Source: Tubiluchus corallicola
Lineage: Eukaryota; Animalia; Priapulida
Assembly (NCBI GenBank): GCA_030141605.1
Contig: JAQGDQ010000181.1
Coordinates: 1-64,000 of the forward strand
Direction of reading: 5' to 3'
Length of the DNA: 64,000 nucleotides
Positions 62,741-64,000 of the stretch are shown here, piece by piece. Under the pieces are notes generated by a model that had not been told where the DNA came from, ran no database searches, and worked only from the letters and a program-made list of their open reading frames with translations. A program made the position numbers and the translations under genes. The stretch's first letter is position 1, and each line of letters starts with the position of its first letter.

Positions 62741-64000
62741 CTAAAACTCCCACTCCTCATCAACATCGCCCTCTATATTTTGTTTGAGTTTTTGTATATT
62801 GTGCTCCTGTTCTTGCTTCTTGGTGACAGGATCATCCCAGTCTTCATGCTGTTCCTCCAGAGAGCGTTGCAATCTCTCGATGTTTGCCAGCCGACTGTCA
62901 GGCTCGATTTGTATCGACTGGCTACAAGCGGATACTGAGCGATTCTCAGAATTCTCAACAGATGGCACTGGCGAAGATTTACCTTCAACCCGTTCGGTAA
63001 TAGAGCGGTTGAGCCGTTCAATGTGCTGCAGATGTTCATTTTCAATACTAACCCCGCCCCCTTTGTGCATTGTCATTTGTGACCACAGTTCATCAGAACC
63101 TTTCTTTGGCGACCAGCCAGCACTGGTGTCATTCATGCTGTCACCATTTGCAAACAGAGATTGTGTCTGTACGACACAGACTCCATTAATCAGATTACTG
63201 GTTCTGTTGTCTTCGTCAGCATCCCAACCATTTTCCATGACAGATGACGGTGGCGATTTGTGCATCGAGTTAAAATGTGCATCGCTTTCTTGTACACCTT
63301 TTCTTGAAAGCTCTTCGGTTTTGACATAATCTTGCTCAATAGCACGGAGCTCGGAATCTTTGTCCTGCTTGTCCTCCACAAATGTAGGAGAACCATTGCA
63401 GTGAGCATGACCATCTACGTTTGGCGATAAAACTCTTTCACTACATATACTTGAAGAAGGTTGTATCCACTTTGGCGTATGTTTCTTTCGTTTATTAACA
63501 GTCTTTGTCTCAGGTGGTGGTGCACTGGCTCCTAATCCACCATTACTTTCACTAGTTGGTGTAACAGACTCGGGTTTTCCTTTGCCATCATTTTCTTCCT
63601 TTGACTGCTTCACATCGATGCGTTCAAAAGACGGAAACAACCACTGATTCGAATCCCCACCTGCCTGAGATTCACTTCCACTCAGCGAATAATCAACCGG
63701 GTAATCTCCACTAGAAAGATTGGAAAGTTCGTCTGAGCTGTCAGCATGCGATCTCAAACCATCAGCATTTGCAGGTCGCAGAGGGAACTGCTGTTTTAGT
63801 CTCATGCGATGATTATGAAACCAGTTCACCACTGTACGTGTGCTTAATCCTAATTGCTGCCCCAAGGCCTCGATTGACTGAGTGTTTGGATAAGGATCTT
63901 GGGCGTATGCTGCCTTCAGCGACTCCTTCTGTTCATCGGTAAACAAGATGCGCGACTTCTTTGTTGGCATGGACAAATCAGCAATATCTGATAAAGTTGG
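62741..64000 (-). CDS. CUX1: Cux/cut homeobox transcription factor, homeodomain-containing terminal exon (5' part outside the window)
   Basis: KKSRILFTDEQKESLKAAYAQDPYPNTQSIEALGQQLGLSTRTVVNWFHNHRMRLKQ, with the WFHN (His50) of the Cux class. The protein ends EEWEF, like vertebrate CUX1. The frame is open to the window edge, and CASP exons lie downstream. Confidence 0.95.
   Translation of the reverse strand, partial: PTLSDIADLSMPTKKSRILFTDEQKESLKAAYAQDPYPNTQSIEALGQQLGLSTRTVVNWFHNHRMRLKQQFPLRPANADGLRSHADSSDELSNLSSGDYPVDYSLSGSESQAGGDSNQWLFPSFERIDVKQSKEENDGKGKPESVTPTSESNGGLGASAPPPETKTVNKRKKHTPKWIQPSSSICSERVLSPNVDGHAHCNGSPTFVEDKQDKDSELRAIEQDYVKTEELSRKGVQESDAHFNSMHKSPPSSVMENGWDADEDNRTSNLINGVCVVQTQSLFANGDSMNDTSAGWSPKKGSDELWSQMTMHKGGGVSIENEHLQHIERLNRSITERVEGKSSPVPSVENSENRSVSACSQSIQIEPDSRLANIERLQRSLEEQHEDWDDPVTKKQEQEHNIQKLKQNIEGDVDEEWEF

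Overview
AT-rich, intron-rich invertebrate animal DNA (probably lophotrochozoan; this is inference), not prokaryotic. Splicing by hand on GT..AG sites and exon phase gives seven coding units in six loci: (1) the 5' part of a secreted beta-lactamase-family serine hydrolase (-); (2) a complete 9-exon, ~690 aa divergent ionotropic glutamate receptor/IR-type channel (-); (3) a 5-exon METTL27/WBSCR27-like methyltransferase (-); (4) head-to-head with it, a 14-exon, ~1139 aa receptor with a signal peptide, a furin-type pro-region, four Ig-like domains, a TM helix and a long cytoplasmic tail (+); (5) an intronless orphan aminergic GPCR (+); (6) the 3' end of a Cux (cut homeobox) locus (-), whose homeodomain terminal exon is followed by eight exons encoding the C-terminal half of the golgin CASP. 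Non-coding features include a ~50-copy 40-bp satellite bracketed by diverged inverted repeats, several MITEs, L2- and CR1-like LINE relics, a duplicate of the GPCR upstream region whose ORF position is occupied by a LINE, and many microsatellites. All assignments come from remembered motifs; no database search was run. I found no clearly new system. The best leads are the Ig receptor, the non-canonical IR gate and pore, and the Cux/CASP arrangement.
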